Positions 31,354 through 47,569 of a stretch of DNA of 64,000 nt are shown in pieces. The stretch is from the NCBI RefSeq assembly GCF_009914755.1, contig NC_060948.1, one strand, 5' to 3'. The DNA is from the human T2T-CHM13v2.0 reference genome, Homo sapiens. The notes under the pieces are model-generated. The model was given only the letters and a program-made list of their open reading frames with translations. It was not told the origin of the DNA and did not search any database. Made by a program: the position numbers and the translations under genes. The stretch's first letter is position 1. Each line of letters starts with the position of its first letter.

Positions 31354-31845
31354 GGAGGGGAGGAGCCAACATGACTGAATAGGAACAGCTCCAGTCTACA
31401 GCTCTCCACGTGAGTGATGCAGAAGACGGGTGATTTCTGCATTTCCAACTGAGGTACCAGGTTCATCTCACTGGGGAGTGTAGCGCACCCTGTGAGAGCT
31501 GACGCAGGGCGAGGCATCACCTCATCTGGGAAATGCAAGGGGTCAGGGAATTCCCTTTCCTAGTCAAAGAAAGGGGTGAGAGACAGCACCTGGAAAATTG
31601 GGTCACTCCCACCCTAATACTGCACTTTTTCCAACAGCCTTAAAAAATGGCACACCAGGAGATTATATCCTGCACATGGCTTGGAGGGTCCTATGCCCAC
31701 AGAATCTCACTCTTTGCTAGCACAGCAGTCTGAGATCAGATTGCAAGGCAGCAGTGAGGCTGGGGGAGGGGCGCCAGCCATTGCTGAGTTAGTTGTTTGA
31801 TTAGGTAAACAAAGTGGCTGGGAAGCTCCAACTGGGTGGAGCTTC
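31354..31845 (+). mobile_element. L1PA4-like 5'UTR fragment
   Basis: ggaggagccaacatgactgaataggaacagctccagtctacagc; ends at ~gggtggagc. Confidence 0.85.
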
Positions 31846-34822
<2,977 letters not shown>

Positions 34823-34829
34823 TAGAAAG

Positions 34830-35840
34830 TCAATATTGACATATGGGATCTAATTAAACTAAAGTGCTTCTGCACAGCAAAAGAAACTATGTTCAGAGCA
34901 AACAGACAATCTAAAGAATGAGATAATATTTTTGCAATCTATCCATCTGACAAAGCCCTAATATCTAGAATCTACAAGGAACTTAAACAAATTTACAAGA
35001 AAAAAGTGAACATGGACATTTCTCAAAAGAAGACATACATGTGACCAACAAACATATGACAAAAAGCTCAACATCACTGATTATCAGAGAAATGCAAATC
35101 AAAACCACAATGAGATAACACCTCATGTCAGTGATGATGGTGATTGTTAAAAAATCAAGAAACAACAGATGCTGGTGATGTTGTGGAGAAATAGAAACTT
35201 TTTTACACTGTTTCTAGGAATGTGAATTACCTCAATTATTGTGGAAGACAATGTGATGATTCCTCAAACACCAAGAACCGGAAATAACATTAGACCCAGC
35301 AATTCCATTACTGGGTATATACCCAAAGGAATATTAAGCATTCTGTTATAAAGATACATGCATGCGTACATTCACTGTGGCACTGTTCACAATAGCAAAG
35401 ACATGGAATCAATCCACATGCCCATCAATGATAGACTGGATAAAGAAAATGTGGTAAACATATGCCATGGAATACTATGGTATTACATGGAAAGGAATGA
35501 GATCATATCCTTTGTAGGGACATGCATGAAGCTAGAAGTTGTTATACTCAACAAACTAATGCAGAAACAGAAAACCAAACACTGCATGTTCTCACTTGTG
35601 AGTGGGAGCTGAACAATGAGAACACAAGGACACAGGGAGAGGAACAACACACATAGGGAGATGGTAAGGGAGTTGTGGAAGGAGGGAGAGCATCAGGAAA
35701 AACAGCTAATGCATGCTGGGCCTAATACTTAGGTTATGGGTTGATATGTGCAGCAGACCACGGTGGCCCATATTTACTTATGTAACCAACTTGCATGTCC
35801 TGCACAGGTATCCCAGAACTTAGAATAAAATAAAATTAAA
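34830..35840 (+). mobile_element. L1PA (about PA8-11) 3' fragment
   Basis: ORF2 C-terminus and 3'UTR with A-rich tail. Confidence 0.85.
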
Positions 35841-36220
35841 ATATTAGTTTTTATACCTAGAAATAAGGAAAAATGAAAAAATTTTGACATTAAAAAATGA
35901 CTTAAACATAAGACCTGCAATCATTAAAATTCTAGAAGACAACCTGTGAAAAACTCTTCTGGACATTGGCTTAGGCAAAGAAATTAGAACTATGACCCTC
36001 AAAAGAAACTGTGACAAAAACAAAGATGAACAAAAGGGTCCTAATTAAATCAAATAGCTTCTGGACAGCAAAAGAAATAATTAATAGAGTAAACAGACCA
36101 CCTACAGAATGAGAGAAAATATTTGTAAACTATACATTTAACAAAGGGCCAATATACAGAATCTACATGGAACACAAACAGATCAGCAAGAAGAAAAATT
36201 CCATTAAAAAGTGGGCAAAT

Positions 36221-37520
36221 CATATGCTGAAAACTAGAACTAGACCCTTTCCTTACACCTTATACAAAAATTAAATCAAGATGATTAAAGACTTAAATCT
36301 AAAACACAAAACCATAAAAACCCTAGAAGAAAACCTAGGCAATATCATACAGGACATAGACATGGGCAAGGACTTCATGATGAAAAAGCCAAAAACAATT
36401 GCAACAAAAGCCAAAACTGGACACATGGGATCTAATTAACCTAATGAGCTTCTGCACAGCAAAAGAAACTATGAACAGACAACCTACAGAATGAGAGAAA
36501 ATTTTTTGCAATCTACCCATTTAACAAAGGTCTAACATCCATAATCTACAAAAAACTTATAAAAATAAAAAAAACACACAAAAAAATGAAAAAACCATCA
36601 AAGAGTGGGGAAAGGATATGAACAGACACGTCCCAAAAGAAGACATTTATGTGGCCAAGAAACACGTGAGAAAAAGCTCAACATCACTTATCATTAAAGA
36701 AATGCAAATCAAAACCATCATGAGATACCATCTCACACTAGTCAGGATAGCAATTATTAAAAAGTCCAGAAACAATAGATGCTGGAGAGGCTGTGGAGAA
36801 ATAGGAATGCTTTTACACTGTTGCTGGGAATATAAATTAGTTCAGCCATTGTGGAAGACAGTGTGGTGATTCCTCAAGGATCTAGAACAAGAATTCCATT
36901 TGACCCAGCAATCCCATTACTAGGTATATGCCCAAAGGAATACAAAACATTCTACTGCGTATGTAACAAAAACCTGCACATTGTGCACATGTACCCTAAA
37001 ACTTAAAGTATAATAATAATCTTTAAAAAACACATGCACATATATGTTTATTACAGGAATATTTACAATAGCAAAAACGTGGAACCAACCCAAATGCCCG
37101 TCAATGATAGACTGGATAAAGAAAATCTGGTACATAAACAACATGGAATACTATGGTGTCTCATAAAAATGAATGAGATCATGTCCTTTGCAGGGACATG
37201 GATGAAGCTGGAAGTCATCCTCCCCAGCAAACTAACACAGGAACAGAAAACCAAACACTGCATGTTCTCACTCATAAGTGGCAATCAAACAATGAGAATA
37301 CATGGACACAGGCAGGGTAGCAACACAGTCTGGGACCAGTCAGGGGTTAGGGGGTGAGAGGAGGAAGAACACTAAGACAAATAGCTAACCCATTTGGGGC
37401 TTAAAACATAGATGATAGATTGATAGATACAGTAAACCACCATGGCACACATATACCTATGTAACTAGCCTGCATGTTCTGCACTTATAGCCTGGAAATT
37501 AATTTAAATTAAATTAAATT
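36221..37520 (+). mobile_element. 5'-truncated L1PA (about PA8-10)
   Basis: ORF 36618-36869 '[16 protein letters not shown]...CWRGCGEIG'; 3'UTR and tail. Confidence 0.85.
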
Positions 37521-37641
37521 TAAAAAGTTTAAGTGAGCGAATCATCAATAACAGACTGAATAAAGAAAATGTGGTACATAACACACCATGTAATACTATG
37601 CAGTCATAGAAAGGAATTAAAAAATGTTTAAGTGGACAAAT

Positions 37642-38058
37642 CATCAATGATAGGCTGAATAAAGAAAATGTGGTATATATATACCCTGGAATACTATGCA
37701 GCCATAGGAAGGAATGAGATCATGTTATCTGCAAGAACATGGATGGAACAGGAAGCCATTATCCTCAGCAAACTCACACAGAAGCAGAAAACCAAACAGC
37801 ACATATTCTATAATTGGGACAATGAGAACACATGGACACAGGGAGATAAACAACACATGTTGAGGCCTGTCAGGGAGCGGAGAGGCAGGAGGAGGGAGAG
37901 TATCAGGAAACATAGCTAATGCATGCTGGGATTAACACCTAGCTGATGGGTAATTTTGTGCAGCAAACCACCATGGCACATGTATACCTATGTAAGCAAC
38001 CTGCACATCCTGCACATGTATTCTGGAACTTAAAATAAAACAAAATTTTAAAAATTTT
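37642..38058 (+). mobile_element. 5'-truncated L1PA 3' end
   Basis: ORF 37668-37919 'MWYIYTLEYYAAI'; 3'UTR and tail. Confidence 0.85.
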
Positions 38059-38384
38059 AAAGTGGTTAAATGACATAAATATAATGGAAATATACAAATA
38101 GTCAAGAAACACATGAATAAATTATTAACATCACTAATTATGCAATTTAAAACCACAATGAGAAGATCAAAATTAAAACCACAATTACATATCACCTTAC
38201 CCCAGCCAGAATGGCAATCATTAAAAAGTCAAAAAACAATAGATGTTGATGCAGATATGATGAAAAGGGGACACTTATACATAGTGTTGAGAATCTAAAT
38301 TAGTACAAGCTTTATGGAAAACTATAGAGATTTCTCAAAGAAAGAAAAGTAGATCTACCATTTGATCCAAGAATCCCACTACTG

Positions 38385-38934
38385 CAGGGGTCCTCAAAAC
38401 CCAAGCCACGGACCAGTACCAGTCCCTGGCATGTTAGGAACTGGGCTGCATAGTAGGAGGTGAGTGGCAGTTGACTGAGTGAATCATCATCTCCCCATTG
38501 CTTGGATTACACCTGAGCTCTGCCTCAGTGGTGGCATTACATTTCTGTAGGAGAGCAAACCCTGTTGTGAACTACACACACAATAGATCTGTCGCACACT
38601 CCTAATGAGAATCTAATGCCTGATGATCCTTCAGTGTCTCCCATGAACCCCAGAAGACACAGTCTAGATGCCAGAAAACACACTTGGGGCTCCCACTGAT
38701 TTTTACTAACATACTGTAAATATATTTACAATAATTTATTATTGTAAATATATTATTGTAAATATATTATAAATATATTTACAAAAATAAATAATTCTAC
38801 ATTATTCCATTATATATCACAGCATGATAATATAAATAAAGTGCACAATAAATGTAATGCACCCCACCACAGATCTTGGAAAAATTTTCTTCCATAAAAC
38901 TGGTCTGTGGTGTCAAAAATGTTAGGGACTGCTG
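38385..38934 (+). mobile_element. MER1A (hAT-Charlie non-autonomous DNA transposon)
   Basis: caggggtcctcaa...ttagggactgctg terminal inverted repeats and MER1A internal motifs (gagaatctaatgcctgatgat, aaataaagtgcacaataaatgtaatgc). Confidence 0.88.
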
Positions 38935-39499
38935 CACTGTCTACCCCAAGAAAAAGAAATCATTATATTAAAAAGACACCAACACACATATGTTTAACAC
39001 AGCACAATTCACAATTGCAAAGATGTGGAATCAACCTAAATGCCTTTTAATTGATAAGTGGATAAAGAAAAAATATGGCAGATGTAGATATATACCACAG
39101 AAGAGTACTCAGTGATAATAATGTTTTGCAGCCACTTGGATGGAACTAGAGGCCATTATCCTAAAAGAAGTAAACCAGGATTGGAAAACCAAATACTGTA
39201 TATTCTCACTTATAAGTGGGAGCTAAGCTATGGGTATGTGAAAGGCTACAGTATGGTATAATGCACATTGGAAACTCAGAATAGGGAAGGCTGGAATGAG
39301 GGTGAGGGATGAAAAATTATTTATTGAGTACAATGTATACTATTTGTTTGACAGGTATACCAAAAGCCCAAACTTTACCACTATACAATTTATCTATTTA
39401 CTCACAACTCTTGCTTACCCAATACTATCAAAATAAAATTTAAAATAAAATAAATAAGATTAAAATGCTGTCAATAAAAAGAAAAGACTCAATGGAAAA

Positions 39500-42400
39500 A
39501 ACTCACCTCCCATGAAAAAGTAATACTGCCAGCAGACTGCCTTTGAACTCAAACTGCAACTCAACCCTAGTTCTCTAGCTTTCAAGCTTGCCCTGTAGAT
39601 TTTGGACTTGCTAGTTCCCAAAATTGCATGAAAGAATTTTTTAAAATTATCTATCTATCATTTGTTATCTATCAATCAATGTATATATCATATATCTACT
39701 TTCCCATACATCATACTGATTCTATTTCTATAAGTAGAATTCTCACTAATACATATTTTGATAAGAAAAGTGGATTGCAAGAAAATCTTTAGTGTATTTC
39801 CTGTATCAGTTCTGGATTTTCTGGAATTAATTCTCTAATATGATAAGATTTAACGTAAATAATGACTCAAATGACTCAATAGTCATTGGCATGGGATATC
39901 CATGTCATATGTGAACATGAGACGTAAAAAACATCATCACTGGCTACTTGTAATCAAATACTTACATGAGGTGATGTTCTGGGTGATAATGTGTGTGACT
40001 CCTCTTGTTATTTTAGTGAAATTAACAAGTATGGTGAGGCCAGCTTGTGTCTCCGAATTTCACTATACAAAACGAGCAGGGGAAGTTTGAGCTCAGAAGT
40101 TCAAACTCCTAGAAAATATGACAGCTTTTCTGTCAGACGTAAAATAAACCCTAAGTACTGTACTACCAGAGCTGAAATTGCTAAAGACTAAACCCAGAAT
40201 CTCATCATGTGCATCGCTGAATTACAACACAAATTAAATTATCAATTTAGGAGAATATAAACGGTTAGGTAGAGAAGACTTATCTGAAAAAAATGGGATA
40301 CTAAAAACTGGAATTGACAGATTGAACTCCTAAATTCAGATGAGACTTCGCCAGTGGAAGCAGCCACTACACCTCCATATAAAGAAATTAATCCTGCTTT
40401 GCTTGAGAAAACTTTAATGGCCTTTCCAATTAGTTGCCTTGAAAGATACCACTGATCTCTTAATCAAACCCCATCACCTATTTTTCATTCTAACTCTATA
40501 GATAGACTCAATCCCTAGTAGATCCTTAAAGGTGAGGTGCAAAATATAACCCATGAGGATGCAAACCACACTCCAAAGAACTATTTGATTCTTTTTTTCA
40601 GTTTTTACAAACAGAAATCTGAGGATATGTATGGGAATGGATATTAAGCACGTGGGATAATGGTTAGATCCAACACCACGTTGCATAAAGCTGAGGTTAT
40701 TGATATAAGCTAACAAAGCAGACATTTTGCATGCATTGTTGCAGTATCAGCAGTTAAAAAGAGCTCTAACCATTGTTTGGTTGGTTGGCTAAAACATGTG
40801 GCAAAAGACGGCTCAAAGTAAATTAAGTTGAAATGCCATAGCTGCCTTTCTGTATTGTACAGGAAGCAATTCAAAAATAGAAGATTGAAATAATGTGGCA
40901 CAAATGGCAGAGCAGTTTTTCCAGATCTTTCTCTTGTTTGTAGGGACTTATTAAAGAGCCTTCTCCTCTTCTCAATTACTCACTCTTTTTTTGGTTACTT
41001 TGTAACTGGGACTGGGACAGAGTAACTCACTCAAATGAAAAATATGTTGCCCCCAAAAGAAATTTATTAGGCATTCTCTTTCTTTTAGGGGAATAAGAGG
41101 ATCTAAATATAGCAACTTATCCTTCACTTGGCTAGAAACTTCACTGAGATACACTAGTTGCCAAGAAATTTCACTGAGGTACATGTCCCCTGGAATTTTG
41201 TTAGATGTATTTTTCATCTCTCTACAAGCAAATCTTTGACAAAGAAATCTATAATAGTTTCTATTTCTTCCTCACTAGGTCCAATTAGCATAATGTCATA
41301 AATATAACAAGCCATGGTTACATCTTGTGGAAAGGAAAGACAATACGATCTCTGAGAACTAAGTCATACGATATGGATTGGATGTTGCTATACCACTAAA
41401 GAGTAAAAACGTATTACAAACTTACCAGCTGAAAGCAAGCTGTTTCTGATAGTCTTTACTAACAAATACAGAGAAAAAGCATTTTCCAGATCAATACCTT
41501 CAAAAGGTATTGAGGATGTATTAATTTGCTCAAGCAATGAAACCACAGTTTATGAACTAATTGTAGTACAGTAACATTATCCAAACTTAAAATAATAATT
41601 TATATTCTTTTGCACAGAGTACATTTGACAGAGATGTAGTGGAAGTCATCATTCCTGCATCCTTCAATTTACAGTTGGTGGCACTAATTCTGCAGTCCCT
41701 CCAAGAATGCAGTAGAGCTTTAGGTTCACTATTCTTCTAGGTAGAGGGAATTCTATTGCATTGTGATTTGCCTTCCCAATCATAATTACCCTCACCCCAG
41801 GTCAAGGAGCCAATGTGCCGACTCTGCTAAGTTCTGAGTGTTATTATAGTTGTGCATGCAGAACTGGGGAGATAACCACAGGACAGGCTCAGGGACACAC
41901 TGTTCTTCTGAAGAACAGATTTTAATTTGCTACTTGGCCTTGGTGGAAACTGAGTGCTTAATCACAGACCACAAAATTACTATGTGAACTGAGCTGCTCA
42001 TCATGAGCTCGGTGTTATCTGACCCAGAAAGACACAAAGTTTAGTAGGCACAGTAGCACTCTAGCATCATCATCAAATGGAAGTGGTATATGTGTAATCG
42101 GGCCCAAGCAAGCCTTGAAGGCACAAGTAAATCACACAAAGAAGTAGCCCAAATGTCCATAGTCCCCACTGTTTCTACACTGGCTTTTCTCTTTCAGCCT
42201 GTGCCTATGGCTTCATAGTGAATTCCTTACAATCAGTAACAGAAACAGATCACTTGGGTTTGATTTACAAATGTTTTTATATAATATGCAGATACCATGC
42301 AGCCCTCCAGCCCCTTTCTGGGACATCCCTGAAAGACAGTGGTGAAGAGGTATTCAGTGGACAAAACTTTGGGTACACTGCACCTGGTTGTTCATTTCAT

Positions 42401-43110
42401 TTGGAAGAACAAGTGATATATGATTATATAATAACTGATATTCTATGGCCAGTTCTTTGGATGGTTGGCTGTGTTGCTGGGAAAATACGTTACTGAAGAA
42501 TTTGGATAAGGATAGAACTCTCTGAAAATACAAGAAATGTAAATATATTTCTGCCCCATATGATGCTCACCAAAGATTGTTCTAAGCAGATAAAATGTTA
42601 ATATTCAGGTGAATAGAATGTTCCATTCTGTGAATACCAGTCAGTCTTTTTTCCCAGCCATCCCTGTCATTGTTAAATGGGCTCATGAAAAAACTGGCTA
42701 TGGTGGCAGAAATTGACATTATGCATAGGCTCAGCAATATATATTTCCACCCACCATGGCCAATCTAGCCACTTTTGAATGTAGAGTGTGTCATCAGCAA
42801 AAATTAATACTGTGTCCCCAGTATGGTATTTTTTTAGGGTGGTCAGTTAGCTGCCTCATGGCAAGTCAATTACATTGGCATGCTTCCATCATGGAGAAAT
42901 CAATGGGGTTTTTTGTTACTAAATAGATCCTTATTCTATATAAAGGTTTGGCTTCCCTGCACAAACTTTTTGGCCAAAATACCATATGTGGACATACAGA
43001 TGACTTATCTACTGTCATGGTATTTCACACAGTCTTTTTACTAATCAACAAAGCCAATCAATAACAAAGTAAATGAATAGGCCTCTGCTCATGGAAGTTA
43101 CTGGCTAGGG
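39500..43110. mobile_element. ERVL element: MLT2 LTR 3' part (to 39753) plus ERVL-int; gag (+), RT segment inverted (~40905-41800, -), RNaseH/IN (+)
   Basis: LTR end ctcactaataca; minus-strand YIYDIMLIG (YIDD motif) at ~41280-41306; plus-strand 'YLALVETE' and 'IIKWKWY' at ~41930-42090. Confidence 0.78.
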
Positions 43111-43419
43111 AACACACACAATAATTTCCTACAAGTGCTCATAGGTCCTAAAAAGCATGACTCTCCATTACCTCTTGTAGTACATTTCGTATTTCTTTCT
43201 ACCTTGTTGACTCAATTGTAGGTTCATCAATGCTTTCCCATATGAGAGACACAATTGGCTCATCAATACTTTCCCATATGAGAGACATGATCCTTACTAC
43301 TGATTTTCACTAGCCATTCACTTTTCCTATATGCTGTTCCCCAATCTAGACTCATAGATTACCACCTTACGTATTCCATATATTTCTCATATATCACTGC
43401 TAAGATCCAAGACCCTCCA

Positions 43420-44445
43420 TGGCCACCACAGTTCAGGACTCCCAAGTGTACCCTCTTCAATGATTTGTTGAAAACTTACTAAACTCAGAAAAGCCATTAT
43501 ATTCATCATTATGATGCATTATAGTTAAATAATATAGGTCTAATCAGCAAAGAGGCTTGTAGGGCGAGGTTCAGGAGACACCAGAGACAAGCTTCTCCTT
43601 TTTGTAGTGTTTGGGAATTTCAAGTGATGTTCATTAACCAGCCTCCCCAGGAGCTACATTTAGCCTTCAGTTTGATTGCATCAAAGATAAGTGTTCGGTG
43701 CCATTCAATACTCAAACAGCTTATGCAAGCAGCACTCTTAACCAAAGAGATAACAGAAGCAGACCAATGACATAGGCAGAGACAGCCAGGGGTTCAGAAT
43801 ACTGTCTGACTAGGAGAAATTTCCACTTGGGTAACATTCTGAAAATTTGGGAGACTCTCCCCTTTTCTTATAGTTAAATTCAGTCCAGGTCCATTAACCA
43901 GTATTTTTTTCATAAAGGGAGTTTAAACTATTTTTTAAGTGGTAAGCATTGTTTTAAGGTTTATGAAAGTTGCATATATGCTTAGGAAGTCTTTTCTCCT
44001 GAAAATCCCTGGGCCACATTCTATCATACTGCTAAGTGGCACATAGTGTTGATACTATGAGATGCTTGTGTGGCCTTTATTTCTCTCAATAATCTTGTAA
44101 TCACAATATGTCTCTTATAGTACACTGTGCTTTTCCAGTGGGGTAAAGCCAACAGCTCTTATTCCTCCAGCAACATGCATAGGACTTTCCAGTCAAAATC
44201 GTATTCCAATCTAGGGTTTTGTTAGGGGCCAGTAAAATTGGTATTGCTCACCACATATATGACTGCCCTTAAACTCCAGGCTGTCATTGTGAGGCTTATT
44301 TCTCACCATAAACTACATTGTTAGCATATTACATTACAAAATATGTTTTATAGACTATTAAAAAAGTTTCAAGATTACTTCTCAGGAACTGGGAGCAGGG
44401 GCCAAGTGTTTAATATACAGGATGTGAACAACACAGACTTGTTTA
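43420..44445 (-). mobile_element. MER21/MER77-like LTR with a second LTR-like insert (~43605-44125)
   Basis: aactcagaaaagccattat...gttcaggagacaccagagacaagcttc, resuming at ttttccagtgg...accataaactacattgttagcat. Confidence 0.55.
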
Positions 44446-45149
44446 ATTTATCTTTTACTCACTTACATAAATTACAACCTACCCCATAGCTCTTTTACAA
44501 TTGACATATATGTGTTATTTTAAATTCTTTAATTTCAAATAAGTTAAATTAATTCTTGATTCTATAATTCTTAAAATATATTTTATTTATATTTTATATT
44601 ATTCTATAATAAACATTATACTTATTTTTATTATTCTTAAATTATCTGTTTCCCATAAATTGTAAACTTCATTAGATATTTTTGTTATATTTATTACCAC
44701 ATTACTAGAAGACTGCCCTGCTCCATAAATGTTGATCAATAAAGTTAATGATTCATATAATACACTTGAAATAACAGAAAAGTGTTTTTTGTAGAATATT
44801 TTCTTAAGTGTTGATGTTTTAGAGAAATGAGTTTATTTGTTTTATTTAGGTTTTCTACATTTAAAAGCCTTATCTGCCTTACTTTTATGATTTTTTACAC
44901 CTGTTTGATAACCAAAAATGTACTGTGCCTAATAAAAATATATGTACTCTTTAACTACTTAGCAATATATATGCATAAATACAACTTCTTAGCTTTGCAA
45001 CTCTGGTCTGGCCTTTACAAATAATTTCTGAATTAGGGACTACTATGAGGTAAGAAGAAAGGTTCAGAATGAAGACATATATTTCACCTCCTAGAAAATC
45101 ACACAGAAAAACTATTCGTAATAAAAAAGACACAAAAGCAACACAGGTG

Positions 45150-45577
45150 CCCATTTACAGTGGATTAAATTTTTAAAAACATAGTATATATAAACCATAG
45201 AAAATTATGCATCCATAAAAAGGAATGAAATGGTGACTTTTGCACAACATGGATGCAGTTGCAGGCCATTATCTTAAGAAAATTAATACATAAGCAAAAA
45301 CCAAATACCACATGTTCTTACTTATAAGTAGGAGCTAAATATTGGGTACGCATGGACATAAATATGAAAAAGATGGACACTGGGGACTATAGAAGTGTCA
45401 AGAAAGGAGAGAGGAAGGTATGGACTGAAAAGGTACCTATTGGGTACTATTCTCAGTACCTCGGTGACAGAATCATTTGTGCCACAAACTTCACCATCAC
45501 ACAATATACCACTGTAACAAACCTGCACATGTACCTCCCAAACTTAAAAAAAACTGAAATTTTAAAACAATTTTAAA
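45150..45577 (+). mobile_element. L1PB-like 3' end
   Basis: aaccaaataccacatgttct...tacctattgggtactat...aacctgcacatgtacc. Confidence 0.8.
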
Positions 45578-45590
45578 AATAAAGTTGTAT

Positions 45591-45912
<322 letters not shown>

Positions 45913-46359
45913 CTATATTATTGGTGCCTTCACCGAGAAAAGTGGTAAGCATTGTTTTAAGGTTTATGAAAGTTGCATATATGCTTAGGAAGTCTTTTCT
46001 CCTGAAAATCCCTGGGCCACATTCTATCATACAAGTGAAAAACAAATGCAAGTGTTAATGGATGTTGTCAATCCTGTATAACAAAAACTGATAATTCATT
46101 ATGTCCCTCGAGTAAATTTAATTTTACTGTAATTAAAAACAATAATAAACTTGACAGCTTATAAGAAAATAAAAGACACTGAAAGTTGAAGTATAATTTA
46201 CTGTCATGGGTTTACCTTTTTGTTTGAGTATGTAGTTCCAACGAAAATATACCTTTGTCTCCAAGAGTATACATTTGAAATAAATTCCAAATTTTAATTA
46301 GCAACAGAAATTTGATGAATGACTTGGTTATCTTCATTTAATTTAGACATGTCCAAAGT

Positions 46360-47520
46360 AAAAGGTGCAGGATAGCAAGCTGGATTTAAAAAACTAAGAC
46401 CCAATAGTATGCTATCTTCAAAAGATCCATCTCACAAGCAATTACACCCAAAGACTCAATATGTAGGAATGGAGAAACTGTACCAAGCAAATGAAACACA
46501 GAACAAAGCAGGAGTTGCAGTTCTAATTTCAGAAAATACAGAGTTTAAAACAAAAAGGATTTCAAAATTACATAGAAGGGCATTACATACTGGTAAAGGC
46601 TTCAATTCAGCAAGAAGACCTAATTATCCCAAATATGTATGCACCCAGCATGAGGACTCAGAATCATAAAACACGTTCTTAGAGATCTTTGAAGAGTCTT
46701 AGACTATTACACAATAATAATGGGGGACTTCCACACTCCATTGACACTCCTGCTCCTGAATGTGTTTTGGATAAATTATGAAATTGAGGCAGAAATCAAG
46801 AAGTTTTCTGAAACAAATGAGAACAAAAATACAACATAGTGAAATCTCTGGAATACAGCTAAGGCAGTGTTAGTAGGGAAGTGTATAGTACTAAACATCA
46901 AAAAGAGAGAAAGATCACAAATTAACAACCTAACATTGCAACTGAAAGAAACAGAGAACCAAGAGCAAACCAAGCTCAACACTAGCAGAAGACAAGAAAT
47001 CACCATAATCAGAGTTGAAGTGAAGGAGTTTGACACATGAGAAGACATTTAAAAAGATCAACAAAATTCAGTAGTTGGTATTTTGAAAAAAAATTAATAA
47101 AATGGTTAGACTACTAGCTAGACTAATATAGAAGAAAAGAGAAATGATCCAAAACACATAATTGGAAACAACAAAGGGGATATTACTACTGACCCCATAG
47201 AAATAAAAATATCCATCAGAAACTACCATAAACACCTCTGTGCGCACAAACTAGAACATCTAGAAGAAATGAGTAAATTCCCGGACACACATATCCTCCC
47301 AAGACTGAATCAATAAGTGAAATCTCTGAGCAGACTAATAATAAGTTCTGAAATTGAATCAGTAGTAAATATCCTGCCAAACGGAGAAAGCCCAGGGCCA
47401 GAGGGATTCACAGCTGAATTCTACTGGAAGTACAAAGAATAGCTGTTATTATTTCTACTGAAACTATTTCCCAATTCATTCTATGAAGCAAGCATCATGC
47501 TGACATCAAAACCTGGCAGA

Positions 47521-47569
<49 letters not shown>

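Larger units (their letters stand above)
35890..39480 (+). mobile_element. L1PB/MA 3' part hosting stacked L1PA insertions (36221-38058) and MER1A
   Basis: Host breaks at aaagtgggcaaat (36220), resumes at ~38060 (aaatgacataaat) and ends in an L1MA/PB-type 3'UTR at ~39450. Confidence 0.8.
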
